Assembly: GCA_964016885.1 (NCBI GenBank)
Contig: CAXHJY010001551.1
Location: 62,001 to 126,000 of the forward strand
DNA: 64,000 bases
Source of the DNA: Eledone cirrhosa
Taxonomy: Eukaryota
Direction of reading: 5' to 3'
Under the pieces are notes generated by a model. That model worked only from the letters and a program-made list of their open reading frames with translations. It was not told the origin of the DNA and did not search any database. Made by a program: the position numbers and the translations under genes. Each line of letters opens with the position of its first letter. Position 1 is the stretch's first letter. Shown here piece after piece: positions 48,901 to 62,150 of this stretch.

Positions 48901-51900
48901 AACCTAAGCTAAGCTATCCTAAGCTAAGCTAAGCTAAGCTATCCTAAGCTAAGCTAAGCTAAGCTATCCTAAGCTATCCTAAGCTAAGCTATCCTAAGCT
49001 AAGCTATCCTAAGCTAAGCTATCCTAAGCTATCCTAAGCTAAGCTATCCTAAGCTAAGCTCTCCTAAGGTAAGCTATCCTAAGCTATCCTAAGCTAAGCT
49101 ATCCTAAGCTAAGCTATCCTAAGCTATCCTAAGCTAAGCTAAGCTAAGCTCTCCTAAGCTAAGCTAAGCTAAGCTATCCTAAGCTAAGCTAAGCTAAGCT
49201 AAGCTAAGCTATCCTAAGCTAAGCTAAGCTAAGCTACCTAAGCTAAGCTAAGCTATCCTAAGCTAAGCTAAGCTAAGCTATCCTAAGCTAAGCTAAGCTA
49301 AGCTCTCCTAAGCTAAGCTAAGCTAAGCTATCCTAAGCTAAGCTAAGCTTTCCTAAGCTAAGCTAAGCTAAGCTATCCTAAGCTAAGCTAATCTATCCTA
49401 AGCTAAGCTAAGCTAAGCTATCCTAAGCTAAGCTAAGCTAAGCTATCCTAAGCTAAGCTAAGCTAAGCTATCCTAAGCTAAGCTAAGCTAAGCTATCCTA
49501 AGCTAAGCTAAGCTAAGCTATCCTAAGCTAAGCTAAGCTATCCTAAGCTAAGCTAAGCTAAGCTATCCTAAGCTAAGCTAAGCTATCCTAAGCTAAGCTA
49601 AGCTAAGCTATCCTAAGCTATCCTAAGCTATCCTAAGCTAAGCTAAGCTAAGCTATCCTAAGCTAAGCTAAGCTAAGCTATGCTAAGCTAAGCTAAGCTA
49701 TCCTAAGCTAAGCTAAGCTATCCTAAGCTAAGCTAAGCTAAGCTATCCTAAGCTAAGCTAAGCTAAGCAATCCTAAGCTATCCTAAGCTAAGCTATCCTA
49801 AGCTAATCTAAGCTAAGTTATCCTAAGCTAAGCTAAGCTAAGCTATCCTAAGCTAAGCTAAGCTAAGCTATCCTAAGCTAAGCTAAGCTATCCTAAGCTA
49901 AGCTAAGCTAAGCTATCCTAAGCTAAGCTAAGCTAAGCTATCCTAAGCTAAGCTAAGCTATCCTAAGCTAAGCTAAGCTAAGCTATCCTAAGCTAAGCTA
50001 AGCTAAGCTATCCTAAGCTAAGCTAAGCTATCCTAAGCTAAGCTAAGCTATCCTAAGCTAAGCTAAGCTATCCTAAGTTAAGCTACGTTAAGCTATCCTA
50101 AGCTAAGCTAAGCTAAGCTATCCTAAGCTATGCTAAGCTATCCTAAGCTAAGCTAAGCTATCCTAAGCTAAGCTAAGCTAAGCTATGCTAAGCTAAGCTA
50201 AGTTAAGCTAAGCTAAGCTACCTAAGCTAAGCTAAGCTATCCTAAGGTAAGCTAAGCTAAGCTATCCTAAGCTAAGCTAAGCTATCCTAAGCTAAGCTAA
50301 CTTAAGCTATCCTAAGCTAAGCTAAGCTAAGCTATCCTAAGCTAAGCTAAGCTAAGCTATCCTAAGCTAAGCTAAGCTATCCTAAGCTAAGCTAAGCTAT
50401 CCTAAACTAAGCTAAGCTATCCTAAGCTAAGCTAAGTTAAGCTATCCTAAGCTAAGTTAAGCTATCCTAAGCTAAGCTAAGCTAAGCTATCCTAAGCTAA
50501 GCTAAGCTAAGCTATCCTAAGCTAAGCTAAGCTAAGCTATCCTAAGCTAAGCTAAGCTATCCTAAGCTAAGCTAAGCTAAGCTACCTAAGCTAAGCTAAG
50601 CTAAGCTATCCTAAGCTAAGCTAAGATAAGCTATCCTAAGCTAAGCTAAGCTATCCTAAGCTAAGCTAAGCTAAGCTATCCTAAGCTAAGCTAAGATAAG
50701 CTATCCTAAGCTAAGCTAAGCTATCCTAAGCTAAGCTAAGCTAAGCTATCCTAAGCTAAGCTAAGCTATCCTAAGCTAAGCTAAGCTATCTTAAGCTAAG
50801 CTAAGCTAAGCTATCCTAAGCTAAGCTAAGCTAAGCTATCCTAAGCTAAGCTAAGCTATCCTAAGCTAAGCTAAGCTAAGCTATCCTAAGCTAAGCTAAG
50901 CTAAGCTATCCTAAGCTAAGCTAAGCTATCCTAAGCTAAGTTAAGCAATCCTAAGCTAAGCTAAGCTATCCTAAGCTAATCTAAGCTAAGCTATCCTAAG
51001 CTAAGCTAAGCTAAGCTATCCTAAGCTAAGCTAAGCTAAGCTATCCTAAGCTAAGCTAAGTTAAGCTATCCTAAGCTAAGCTAAGCTAAGCTATCCTAAG
51101 CTAAGCTAAGCTATCCTAAGCTAAGCTAAGCTAAGCTATCCTAAGCTAAGCTAAGCTAAGCTATCCTAAGCTAAGCTAAGCTAAGCTATCCTAAGCTAAG
51201 CTAAGCTAAGCTATCCTAAGCTAAGCTAAGCTAAGCTATCCTAAGCTAAGCTAAGCTATCCTAAGCTAAGCTAAGCTAAGCTATCCTAAGCTAAGCTAAG
51301 ATAAGCTATCCTAAGCTAAGCTAAGCTATCCTAAGCTAAGCTAAGCTAAGCTATCCTAAGCTAAGCTAAGCTATCCTAAGCTAAGCTAAGCTATCTTAAG
51401 CTAAGCTAAGCTAAGCTATCCTAAGCTAAGCTAAGCTAAGCTATCCTAAGCTAAGCTAAGCTAAGCTATCCTAAGCTAAGCTAAGCTAAGCTATCCTAAG
51501 CTAAGCTAAGCTATCCTAAGCTAAGTTAAGCTATCCTAAGCTAAGCTAAGCTATCCTAAGCTAATCTAAGCTAAGCTATCCTAAGCTAAGCTAAGCTAAG
51601 CTAAGCTATCCTAAGCTAAGCTATCCTAAGCTAAGCTAAGCTATCCTAAGCTAAGCTAAGCTAAGCTATCCTAAGCTAAGCTAAACTAAGCTATCCTAAG
51701 CTAAGCTATCCTAAGCTAAGCTAAGCTAAGCTATCCTAAGCTAAGCTAAGCTATCCTAAGCTAAGCTAAGCTATCCTAAGCTAAGCTAAGCTATCCTAAG
51801 CTAAGCTAAGCTATCCTAAGCTAAGCTACGTTAAGCTATCCTAAGCTAAGCTAAGCTAAGCTATCCTAAGCTAAGCTAAGCTATCCTAAGCTAAGATAAG

Positions 51901-54850
51901 CTATCCTAAGCTAAGCTAAACTAAGCTATGCTAAGCTGAGCTAAGTTAAGCTATCCTAAGCTAAGCTAAGCTAAGCTAACCTAAGCTAAGCTAAGCTATC
52001 CTAAGCTAAGCTAAGCTATCCTAAGCTAAGCTAAGCTAAGCTATCCTAAGCTAAGCTAAGCTAAGCTATCCTAAGCTAAGCTAAGCTAAGCTATCCTAAG
52101 CTAAGCTCAGCTATCCTAAGCTAAGCTAAGCTTAGCTATCCTAAGCTAAGCTATACTAAGCTATCCTAAGCTAAGCTAAGCTAAGCTATCCTAAGCTAAG
52201 CTAAGCTAAGCTATCCTGAGCTAAGCTAAGCTAAGCTATCCTAAGCTAAGCTAAGCTAAGCTATCCTAAACTAAGCTAAGCTAAGCTAGCCTAAGCTAAG
52301 CTAAGCTATCCTAAGCTAAGCTAAGCTAAGCTATCCTAAGCTAAGCTAAGCTAAGCTATCCTAAGCTAAGCTAAGCTAAGCTAACCTAATGTAAGCTAAG
52401 CTAAGCTATCCTAAGCTAAGCTAACTTAAGCTATCCTAAGCTAAGCTAAGCTAAGCTATCCTAAGCTAAGCTAAGCTAAGCTATCCTAAGCTAAGCTAAG
52501 CTATCCTAAACTAAGCTAAGCTAAGCTATCCTAAGCTAAGCTAAGTTAAGCTATCCTAAGCTAAGTTAAGCTATCCTAAGCTAAGCTAAGCTAAGCTATC
52601 CTAAGCTAAGCTAAGCTAAGCTATCCTAAGCTAAGCTAAGCTAAGCTATCCTAAGCTAAGCTAAGCTATCCTAAGCTAAGCTAAGCTAAGCTATCCTAAG
52701 CTAAGCTAAGCTAAGCTATCCTAAGCTAAGCTAAGCTAAGCTATCCTAAGCTAAGCTAAGCTAAGCTATCCTAAGCTAAGCTAAGCTATCCTAAGCTAAG
52801 CTAAGCTATCCTAAGCTAAGCTAAGCTAAGCTATCCTAAGCTAAGCTAAGCTAAGCTATCCTAAGCTAAGCTATCCCAAGCTAAGCTAAGCTATCCTAAG
52901 CTAAGCTAAGCTAAGCTATCCTAAGCTAAGCTAAGCTATCCTAAGCTAAGCTAAGCTAAGCTATCCTAAGCTAAGCTAAGCTAAGCTAAGCTATCCTAAG
53001 CTAAGCTAAGCTATCCTAAGCTAAGCTAAGCTATCCTAAGCTAAGCTAAGCTATCCTAAGCTAAGCTAAGCTAAGCTATCCTAAGCTAAGCTAAGGTAAG
53101 CTATCCTAAGCTAAGCTAAGCTAAGCTATCCTAAGCTAAGCTAAGCTATCCTAAGCTAAGCTAAGCTAAGCTATCCTAAGCTAAGCTAAGCTAAGCTATC
53201 CTAAGCTAAGCTAAGCTAAGCTATCCTAAGCTAAGCTAAGCTAACCTAAGCTAAGCTAAGCTAAGCTATCCTAAGCTAAGCTAAGCTATCCTAAGCTAAG
53301 CTAAGCTAAGCTATCCTAAGCTAAGCTAAGCTATCCTAAGCTAAGCTAAGCTATCCTAAGCTAAGCTAAGCTATCCTAAGCTAAGCTAAGCTATCCTAAG
53401 CTAAGCTACGTTAAGCTATCCTAAGCTAAGCTAAGCTAAGCTATCCTAAGCTAAGCTAAGCTATCCTAAGCTAAGCTAAGCTAAGCTATCCTAAGCTAAG
53501 CTAAGTTAAGCTATCCTAAGCTAAGCTAAGCTAAGCTAACCTAAGCTAAGCTAAGCTAAGCTATCCTAAGCTAAGCTAAGCTATCCTAAGCTAAGCTAAG
53601 CTAAGCTATCCTAAGCTAAGCTAAGCTAAGCTATCCTAAGCTAAGCTAAGCTAAGCTATCCTAAGCTAAGCTCAGCTATCCTAAGCTAAGCTAAGCTAAG
53701 CTAAGCTATCCTAAGCTAAGCTAAGCTATCCTAAGCTAAGCTAAGCTAAGCTATCCTAAGCTAAGCTAAGTTAAGCTATCCTAAGCTAAGCTAAGCTAAG
53801 CTATCCTAAGCTAAGCTAAGCTAAGCTATCCTAAGCTAAGCTAAGCTATCCTAAGCTAAGCTAAGCTATCCTAAGCTAAGCTAAGCTAAGCTATCCTAGG
53901 CTAAGCTAAGTTAAGCTATCCTAAGCTAAGTTAAGCTATCCTAAGCTAAGCTAAGCTAAGCTATCCTAAGCTAAGTTAAGCTATCCTAAGCTAAGCTTAG
54001 CTAAGCTATCCTAAGCTAAGCTAAGCTAAGCTATCCTAAGCTAAGCTAAGCTAAGCTATCCTAAGCTAAGCTAAGCTAAGCTATCCTAAGCTAAGCTAAG
54101 CTATCCTAAGCTAAGCTAAGCTAAGCTATCCTAAGCTAAGCTAAGCTAAGCTATCCTAAGCTAAGCTAAGCTAAGCTATCCTAAGCTATCCTAAGCTATC
54201 CTAAGCTAAGCTAAGCTAAGCTATCCTAAGCTAAGCTAAGCTACGCTATCCTAAGCTAAGCTAAGCTAAGCTATCCTAAGCTAAGCTAAGCTATCCTAAG
54301 CTAAGCTAAGCTAAGCTATCCTAAGCTAAGCTAAGCTAAGCTATCCTAAGCTATCCTAAGCTAAGCTATCCTAAGCTAAGCTAAGCTAAGCTATCCTAAG
54401 CTAAGCTAAGCTAAGCTATCCTAAGCTAAGCTAAGCTAAGCTATCCTAAGCTAAGCTAAGCTAAGCTATCCTAAGCTAAGCTATCCTAAGCTATCCTAAG
54501 CTAAGCTAAGCTAAGCTAACCTAAGCTAAGCCATCCTAAGCTAAGCTATCCTAAGCTAAGCTATCCTAAGCTAAGCTAAGCTAAGCTATCCTAAGCTAAG
54601 CTAAGCTAAGCTATCCTAAGCTAAGCTAAGCTATCCTAAGCTAAGCTAAGCTAAGCTGTCCTAAGCTAAGCTAAGCTAAGCTATCCTAAGCTAAGCTAAG
54701 CTAAGCTATCCTAAGCTAAGCTAAGCTAAGCTATCCTAAGCTATCCTAAGCTATCCTAAGCTAAGCTATCCTAAGCTATCCTAAGCTAAGCTATCCTAAG
54801 CTATCCTAAGCTAAGCTAAGCTAAGCTATCCTAAGCTAAGCTAAGCTATC
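33100..54850 (+). repeat. Copy 2 of the ~18 kb segmental duplication, lengthened by an internal ~3.56 kb tandem duplication
   Basis: Same marker order as 2.5-20.6 kb. The offset steps from ~30.65 kb to ~34.2-34.3 kb across the 36.2-43.3 kb tandem duplication. Confidence 0.85.
36200..43320 (+). repeat. Tandem duplication, unit ~3.56 kb (about 36.2-39.75 kb and 39.75-43.3 kb)
   Basis: CTCTC-CTAAG-GTAAG 36360/39928 and 38274/41832. CTAC 36525/40093 and 38429/41987. A shared private CTCAG at 38054/41612. Confidence 0.9.
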
Positions 54851-57800
54851 CTAAGCTAAGCTAAGCTAAGCTATCCTAAGCTAAGCTAAGCTAAGCTATC
54901 CTAAGCTATCCTAAGCTAAGCTATCCTAAGCTAAGCTATCCTAAGCTATCCTAAGCTAAGCTATCCTAAGCTATCCTAAGCTAAGCTATCCTAAGCTAAG
55001 CTATCCTAAGCTATCCTAAGCTATCCTAAGCTAAGCTATCCTAAGCTAAGCTAAGCTAAGCTAAGCTAACCTAAGCTAAGCTATCCTAAGCTAAGCTAAG
55101 CTAAGCTATCCTAAGCTAAGCTAAGCTAAGCTATCCTAAGCTATCCTAAGCTAAGCTATCCTAAGCTAAGCTATCCTAAGCTAAGCTATCCTAAGCTATC
55201 CTAAGCTAAGCTATCCTAAGCTAAGCTCTCCTAAGGTAAGCTATCCTAAGCTATCCTAAGCTAAGCTATCCTAAGCTAAGCTATCCTAAGCTATCCTAAG
55301 CTAAGCTCTCCTAAGCTAAGCTAAGCTAAGCTATCCTAAGCTAAGCTAAGCTAAGCTAAGCTAAGCTAAGCTATCCTAAGCTAAGCTAAGCTAAGCTACC
55401 TAAGCTAAGCTAAGCTATCCTAAGCTAAGCTAAGCTAAGCTATCCTAAGCTAAGCTAAGCTAAGCTCTCCTAAGCTAAGCTAAGCTAAGCTATCCTAAGC
55501 TAAGCTAAGCTTTTCTAAGCTAAGCTAAGCTATCCTAAGCTAAGCTAATCTATCCTAAGCTAAGCTAAGCTAAGCTATCCTAAGCTAAGCTAAGCTAAGC
55601 TATCCTAAGCTAAGCTAAGCTAAGCTATCCTAAGCTAAGCTAAGCTAAGCTATCCTAAGCTAAGCTAAGCTATGCTATCCTAAGCTAAGCTAAGCTATCC
55701 TAAGCTAAGCTAAGCTAAGCTATCCTAAGCTAAGCTAAGCTATCCTAAGCTAAGCTAAGCTAAGCTATCCTAAGCTATCCTAAGCTATCCTAAGCTAAGC
55801 TAAGCTAAGCTATCCTAAGCTAAGCTAAGCTAAGCTATCCTAAGCTAAGCTAAGCTAAGCTATCCTAAGCTAAGCTAAGCTAAGCTATCCTAAGCTAAGC
55901 TAAGCTAAGCAATCCTAAGCTATCCTAAGCTAAGCTATCCTAAGCTAATCTAAGCTAAGTTATCCTAAGCTAAGCTAAGCTAAGCTATCCTAAGCTAAGC
56001 TAAGCTAAGCTATCCTAAGCTAAGCTAAGCTATCCTAAGCTAAGCTAAGCTAAGCTATCCTAAGCTAAGCTAAGCTAAGCTATCCTAAGCTAAGCTAAGC
56101 TATCCTAAGCTAAGCTAAGCTATCCTAAGCTAAGCTAAGCTAAGCTATCCTAAGCTAAGCTAAGCTATCCTAAGCTAAGCTAAGCTATCCTAAGCTAAGC
56201 TAAGCTATCCTAAGTTAAGCTACGTTAAGCTATCCTAAGCTAAGCTAAGCTAAGCTATCCTAAGCTAAGCTAAGCTATCCTAAGCTAAGCTAAGCTATCC
56301 TAAGCTAAGCTAAGCTAAGCTATGCTAAGCTAAGCTAAGTTAAGCTATCCTAAGCTAAGCTAAGCTAAGCTAACCTAAGCTAAGCTAAGCTATCCTAAGC
56401 TAAGCTAAGCTATCCTAAGCTAAGCTATCCTAAGCTAAGCTCAGCTATCCTAAGCTAAGCTAAGCTTAGCTATCCTAAGCTAAGCTAAGCTATCCTAAGC
56501 TAAGCTAAGCTAAGCTATCCTAAGGTAAGCTAAGCTAAGCTATCCTAAGCTAAGCTAAGCTATCCTAAGCTAAGCTAACTTAAGATATCCTAAGCTAAGC
56601 TAAGCTAAGCTATCCTAAGCTAAGCTAAGCTAAGCTATCCTAAGCTAAGCTAAGCTATCCTAAGCTAAGCTAAGCTATCCTAAACTAAGCTAAGCTAAGC
56701 TATCCTAAGCTAAGCTAAGTTAAGCTATCCTAAGCTAAGTTAAGCTATCCTAAGCTAAGCTAAGCTAAGCTATCCTAAGCTAAGCTAAGCTAAGCTATCC
56801 TAAGCTAAGCTAAGCTAAGCTATCCTAAGCTAAGCTAAGCTATCCTAAGCTAAGCTAAGCTAAGCTACCTAAGCTAAGCTAAGCTAAGCTATCCTAAGCT
56901 AAGCTAAGATAAGCTATCCTAAGCTAAGCTAAGCTATCCTAAGCTAAGCTAAGCTAAGCTATCCTAAGCTAAGCTAAGATAAGCTATCCTAAGCTAAGCT
57001 AAGCTATCCTAAGCTAAGCTAAGCTAAGCTATCCTAAGCTAAGCTAAGCTATCCTAAGCTAAGCTAAGCTATCTTAAGCTAAGCTAAGCTAAGCTATCCT
57101 AAGCTAAGCTAAGCTAAGCTATCCTAAGCTAAGCTAAGCTATCCTAAGCTAAGCTAAGCTAAGCTATCCTAAGCTAAGCTAAGCTAAGCTATCCTAAGCT
57201 AAGCTAAGCTATCCTAAGCTAAGTTAAGCTATCCTAAGCTAAGCTAAGCTATCCTAAGCTAATCTAAGCTAAGCTATCCTAAGCTAAGCTAAGCTAAGCT
57301 ATCCTAAGCTAAGCTAAGCTAAGCTATCCTAAGCTAAGCTAAGTTAAGCTATCCTAAGCTAAGCTAAGCTAAGCTATCCTAAGCTAAGCTAAGCTATCCT
57401 AAGCTAAGCTAAGCTAAGCTATCCTAAGCTAAGCTAAGCTAAGCTATCCTAAGCTAAGCTAAGCTAAGCTATCCTAAGCTAAGCTAAGCTATCCTAAGCT
57501 AAGCTAAGCTAAGCTATCCTAAGCTAAGCTAAGATAAGCTATCCTAAGCTAAGCTAAGCTATCCTAAGCTAAGCTAAGCTAAGCTATCCTAAGCTAAGCT
57601 AAGCTATCCTAAGCTAAACTAAGCTATCTTAAGCTAAGCTAAGCTAAGCTATCCTAAGCTAAGCTAAGCTAAGCTATCCTAAGCTAAGCTAAGCTAAGCT
57701 ATCCTAAGCTAAGCTAAGCTAAGCTATCCTAAGCTAAGCTAAGCTATCCTAAGCTAAGTTAAGCTATCCTAAGCTAAGCTAAGCTATCCTAAGCTAATCT

Positions 57801-60250
57801 AAGCTAAGCTATCGTAAGCTAAGCTAAGCTAAGCTATCCTAAGCTAAGCTAAGCTAAGCTATCCTAAGCTAAGCTAAGCTATCCTAAGCTAAGCTAAGCT
57901 AAGCTATCCTAAGCTAAGCTAAACTAAGCTATCCTAAGCTAAGCTATCCTAAGCTAAGCTAAGCTAAGCTATCCTAAGCTAAGCTAAGCTAAGCTATCCT
58001 AAGCTAAGCTAAGCTATCCTAAGCTAAGCTAAGCTATCCTAAGCTAAGCTAAGCTATCCTAAGCTAAGCTACGTTAAGCTATCCTAAGCTAAGCTAAGCT
58101 AAGCTATCCTAAGCTAAGCTAAGCTATCCTAAGCTAAGCTAAGCTATCCTAAGCTAAGCTAAACTAAGCTATGCTAAGCTAAGCTAAGTTAAGCTATCCT
58201 AAGCTAAGCTAAGCTAAGCTAACCTAAGCTAAGCTAAGCTATCCTAAGCTAAGCTAAGCTATCCTAAGCTAAGCTAAGCTAAGCTATCCTAAGCTAAGCT
58301 AAGCTATCCTAAGCTAAGCTAAGCTAAGCTATCCTAAGCTAAGCTAAGCTAAGCTATCCTAAGCTAAGCTAAGCTAAGCTATCCTAAACTAAGCTAAGCT
58401 AAGCTAGCCTAAGCTAAGCTAAGCTATCCTAAGCTAAGCTAAGCTAAGCTATCCTAAGCTAAGCTAAGCTAAGCTATCCTAAGGTAAGCTAAGCTAAGCT
58501 AACCTAATGTAAGCTAAGCTAAGCTATCCTAAGCTAAGCTAACTTAAGCTATCCTAAGCTAAGCTAAGCTAAGCTATCCTAAGCTAAGCTAAGCTAAGCT
58601 ATCCTAAGCTAAGCTAAGCTATCCTAAACTAAGCTAAGCTAAGCTATCCTAAGCTAAGCTAAGTTAAGCTATCCTAAGCTAAGTTAAGCTATCCTAAGCT
58701 AAGCTAAGCTAAGCTATCCTAAGCTAAGCTAAGCTAAGCTATCCTAAGCTAAGCTAAGCTAAGCTATCCTAAGCTAAGCTAAGCTATCCTAAGCTAAGCT
58801 AAGCTAAGCTATCCTAAGCTAAGCTAAGCTAAGCTATCCTAAGCTAAGCTAAGCTAAGCTATCCTAAGCTAAGCTAAGCTAAGCTATCCTAAGCTAAGCT
58901 AAGCTATCCTAAGCTAAGCTAAGCTATCCTAAGCTAAGCTAAGCTAAGCTATCCTAAGCTAAGCTAAGCTAAGCTATCCTAAGCTAAGCTATCCCAAGCT
59001 AAGCTAAGCTATCCTAAGCTAAGCTAAGCTAAGCTATCCTAAGCTAAGCTAAGCTATCCTAAGCTAAGCTAAGCTAAGCTATCCTAAGCTAAGCTAAGCT
59101 AAGCTATCCTAAGCTAAGCTAAGCTATCCTAAGCTAAGCTAAGCTATCCTAAGCTAAGCTAAGCTATCCTAAGCTAAGCTAAGCTAAGCTATCCTAAGCT
59201 AAGCTAAGCTAAGCTATCCTAAGCTAAGCTAAGCTAAGCTATCCTAAGCTAAGCTAAGCTATCCTAAGCTAAGCTAAGCTAAGCTATCCTAAGCTAAGCT
59301 AAGCTAAGCTATCCTAAGCTAAGCTAAGCTAAGCTATCCTAAGCTAAGCTAAGCTAACCTAAGCTAAGCTAAGCTAAGCTATCCTAAGCTAAGCTAAGCT
59401 ATCCTAAGCTAAGCTAAGCTAAGCTAAGCTATCCTAAGCTAAGCTAAGCTATCCTAAGCTAAGCTAAGCTATCCAAAGCTAAGCTAAGCTATCCTAAGCT
59501 AAGCTAAGCTATCCTAAGCTAAGCTAAGCTATCCTAAGCTAAGCTACGTTAAGCTATCCTAAGCTAAGCTAAGCTAAGCTATCCTAAGCTAAGCTAAGCT
59601 ATCCTAAGCTAAGCTAAGCTAAGCTATCCTAAGCTAAGCTAAGTTAAGCTATCCTAAGCTAAGCTAAGCTAAGCTAACCTAAGCTAAGCTAAGCTAAGCT
59701 ATCCTAAGCTAAGCTAAGCTATCCTAAGCTAAGCTAAGCTAAGCTATCCTAAGCTAAGCTAAGCTAAGCTATCCTAAGCTAAGCTAAGCTAAGCTATCCT
59801 AAGCTAAGCTCAGCTATCCTAAGCTAAGCTAAGCTAAGCTAAGCTATCCTAAGCTAAGCTAAGCTATCCTAAGCTAAGCTAAGCTAAGCTATCCTAAGCT
59901 AAGCTAAGTTAAGCTATCCTAAGCTAAGCTAAGCTAAGCTATCCTAAGCTAAGCTAAGCTAAGCTATCCTAAGCTAAGCTAAGCTATCCTAAGCTAAGCT
60001 AAGCTATCCTAAGCTAAGCTAAGCTAAGCTATCCTAGGCTAAGCTAAGTTAAGCTATCCTAAGCTAAGTTAAGCTATCCTAAGCTAAGCTAAGCTAAGCT
60101 ATCCTAAGCTAAGTTAAGCTATCCTAAGCTAAGCTTAGCTAAGCTATCCTAAGCTAAGCTAAGCTATCCTAAGCTAAGCTAAGCTAAGCTATCCTAAGCT
60201 AAGCTAAGCTAAGCTATCCTAAGCTAAGCTAAGCTATCCTAAGCTAAGCT
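48700..60250 (+). repeat. Tandem duplication, unit ~6.15 kb (about 48.7-54.9 kb and 54.9-60.2 kb, second copy truncated)
   Basis: CTCTC-CTAAG-GTAAG 49059/55226, CTAC 49234/55396, CTACG-TTAAG 50083/56220, 51826/58069, 53406/59544, and CTTAG 53996/60134. Confidence 0.8.
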
Positions 60251-60549
60251 AAGCTAAGCTATCCTAAGCTAAGCTAAGCTAAGCTATCCTAAGCTAAGCT
60301 AAGCTATCCTAAGCTAAGCTAAGCTAAGCTATCCTAAGCTAAGCTAAGCTAAGCTATCCTAAGCTAAGCTAAGCTAAGCTATCCTAAGCTAAGCTAAGCT
60401 ATCATAAGCTAAGCTAAGCTATCCTAAGCTAAGCTAAGCTATCCTAAGCTAAGCTAAGCTAAGCTATCCTAAGCTAAGCTAAGCTAAGCTATCCTAAGCT
60501 AAGCTAAGCTAAGCTATCCTAATCTAAGCTAAGCTATCCTAAGCTAAGC

Positions 60550-62150
60550 TAAGCTATCCTAAGCTAAGCTAAGCTAAGCTACCTAAGCTAAGCTAAGCTA
60601 TCCTAAGCTAAGCTAAGCTAAGCTATCCTAAGCTAAGCTAAGCTAAGCTCTCCTAAGCTAAGCTAAGCTAAGCTATCCTAAGCTAAGCTAAGCTTTCCTA
60701 AGCTAAGCTAAGCTAAGCTATCCTAAGCTAAGCTAATCTATCCTAAGCTAAGCTAAGCTAAGCTATCCTAAGCTAAGCTAAGCTAAGCTATCCTAAGCTA
60801 AGCTAAGCTAAGCTATCCTAAGCTAAGCTAAGCTAAGCTATCCTAAGCTAAGCTAAGCTATGCTATCCTAAGCTAAGCTAAGCTATCCTAAGCTAAGCTA
60901 AGCTAAGCTATCCTAAGCTAAGCTAAGCTATCCTAAGCTAAGCTAAGCTAAGCTATCCTAAGCTATCCTAAGCTATCCTAAGCTAAGCTAAGCTAAGCTA
61001 TCCTAAGCTAAGCTAAGCTAAGCTATCCTAAGCTAAGCTAAGCTAAGCTATCCTAAGCTAAGCTAAGCTATCCTAAGCTAAGCTAAGCTAAGCTATCCTA
61101 AGCTAAGCTAAGCTAAGCAATCCTAAGCTATCCTAAGCTAAGCTATCCTAAGCTAATCTAAGCTAAGTTATCCTAAGCTAAGCTAAGCTAAGCTATCCTA
61201 AGCTAAGCTAAGCTAAGCTATCCTAAGCTAAGCTAAGCTATCCTAAGCTAAGCTAAGCTAAGCTATCCTAAGCTAAGCTAAGCTAAGCTATCCTAAGCTA
61301 AGCTAAGCTATCCTAAGCTAAGCTAAGCTATCCTAAGCTAAGCTAAGCTAAGCTATCCTAAGCTAAGCTAAGCTATCCTAAGCTAAGCTAAGCTATCCTA
61401 AGCTAAGCTAAGCTATCCTAAGTTAAGCTACGTTAAGCTATCCTAAGCTAAGCTAAGCTAAGCTATCCTAAGCTAAGCTAAGCTATCCTAAGCTAAGCTA
61501 AGCTATCCTAAGCTAAGCTAAGCTAAGCTATGCTAAGCTAAGCTAAGTTAAGCTATCCTAAGCTAAGTTAAGCTAAGCTAACCTAAGCTAAGCTAAGCTA
61601 TCCTAAGCTAAGCTAAGCTATCCTAAGCTAAGCTATCCTAAGCTAAGCTCAGCTATCCTAAGCTAAGCTAAGCTTAGCTATCCTAAGCTAAGCTAAGCTA
61701 TCCTAAGCTAAGCTAAGCTAAGCTATCCTAAGGTAAGCTAAGCTAAGCTATCCTAAGCTAAGCTAAGCTATCCTAAGCTAAGCTAACTTAAGATATCCTA
61801 AGCTAAGCTAAGCTAAGCTATCCTAAGCTAAGCTAAGCTAAGCTATCCTAAGCTAAGCTAAGCTATCCTAAGCTAAGCTAAGCTATCCTAAACTAAGCTA
61901 AGCTAAGCTATCCTAAGCTAAGCTAAGTTAAGCTATCCTAAGCTAAGTTAAGCTATCCTAAGCTAAGCTAAGCTAAGCTATCCTAAGCTAAGCTAAGCTA
62001 AGCTATCCTAAGCTAAGCTAAGCTAAGCTATCCTAAGCTAAGCTAAGCTATCCTAAGCTAAGCTAAGCTAAGCTACCTAAGCTAAGCTAAGCTAAGCTAT
62101 CCTAAGCTAAGCTAAGATAAGCTATCCTAAGCTAAGCTAAGCTATCCTAA
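60550..62150 (+). repeat. ~1.6 kb copy of 55.4-56.95 kb (offset ~5.2 kb)
   Basis: CTAC 55396/60579 and 56865/62073. CTATG-CTATC 55670/60858 and CTAAC-TTAAG-ATATC ~56575/~61783, both seen only in these two copies. CTACG 56220/61428. Confidence 0.85.
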
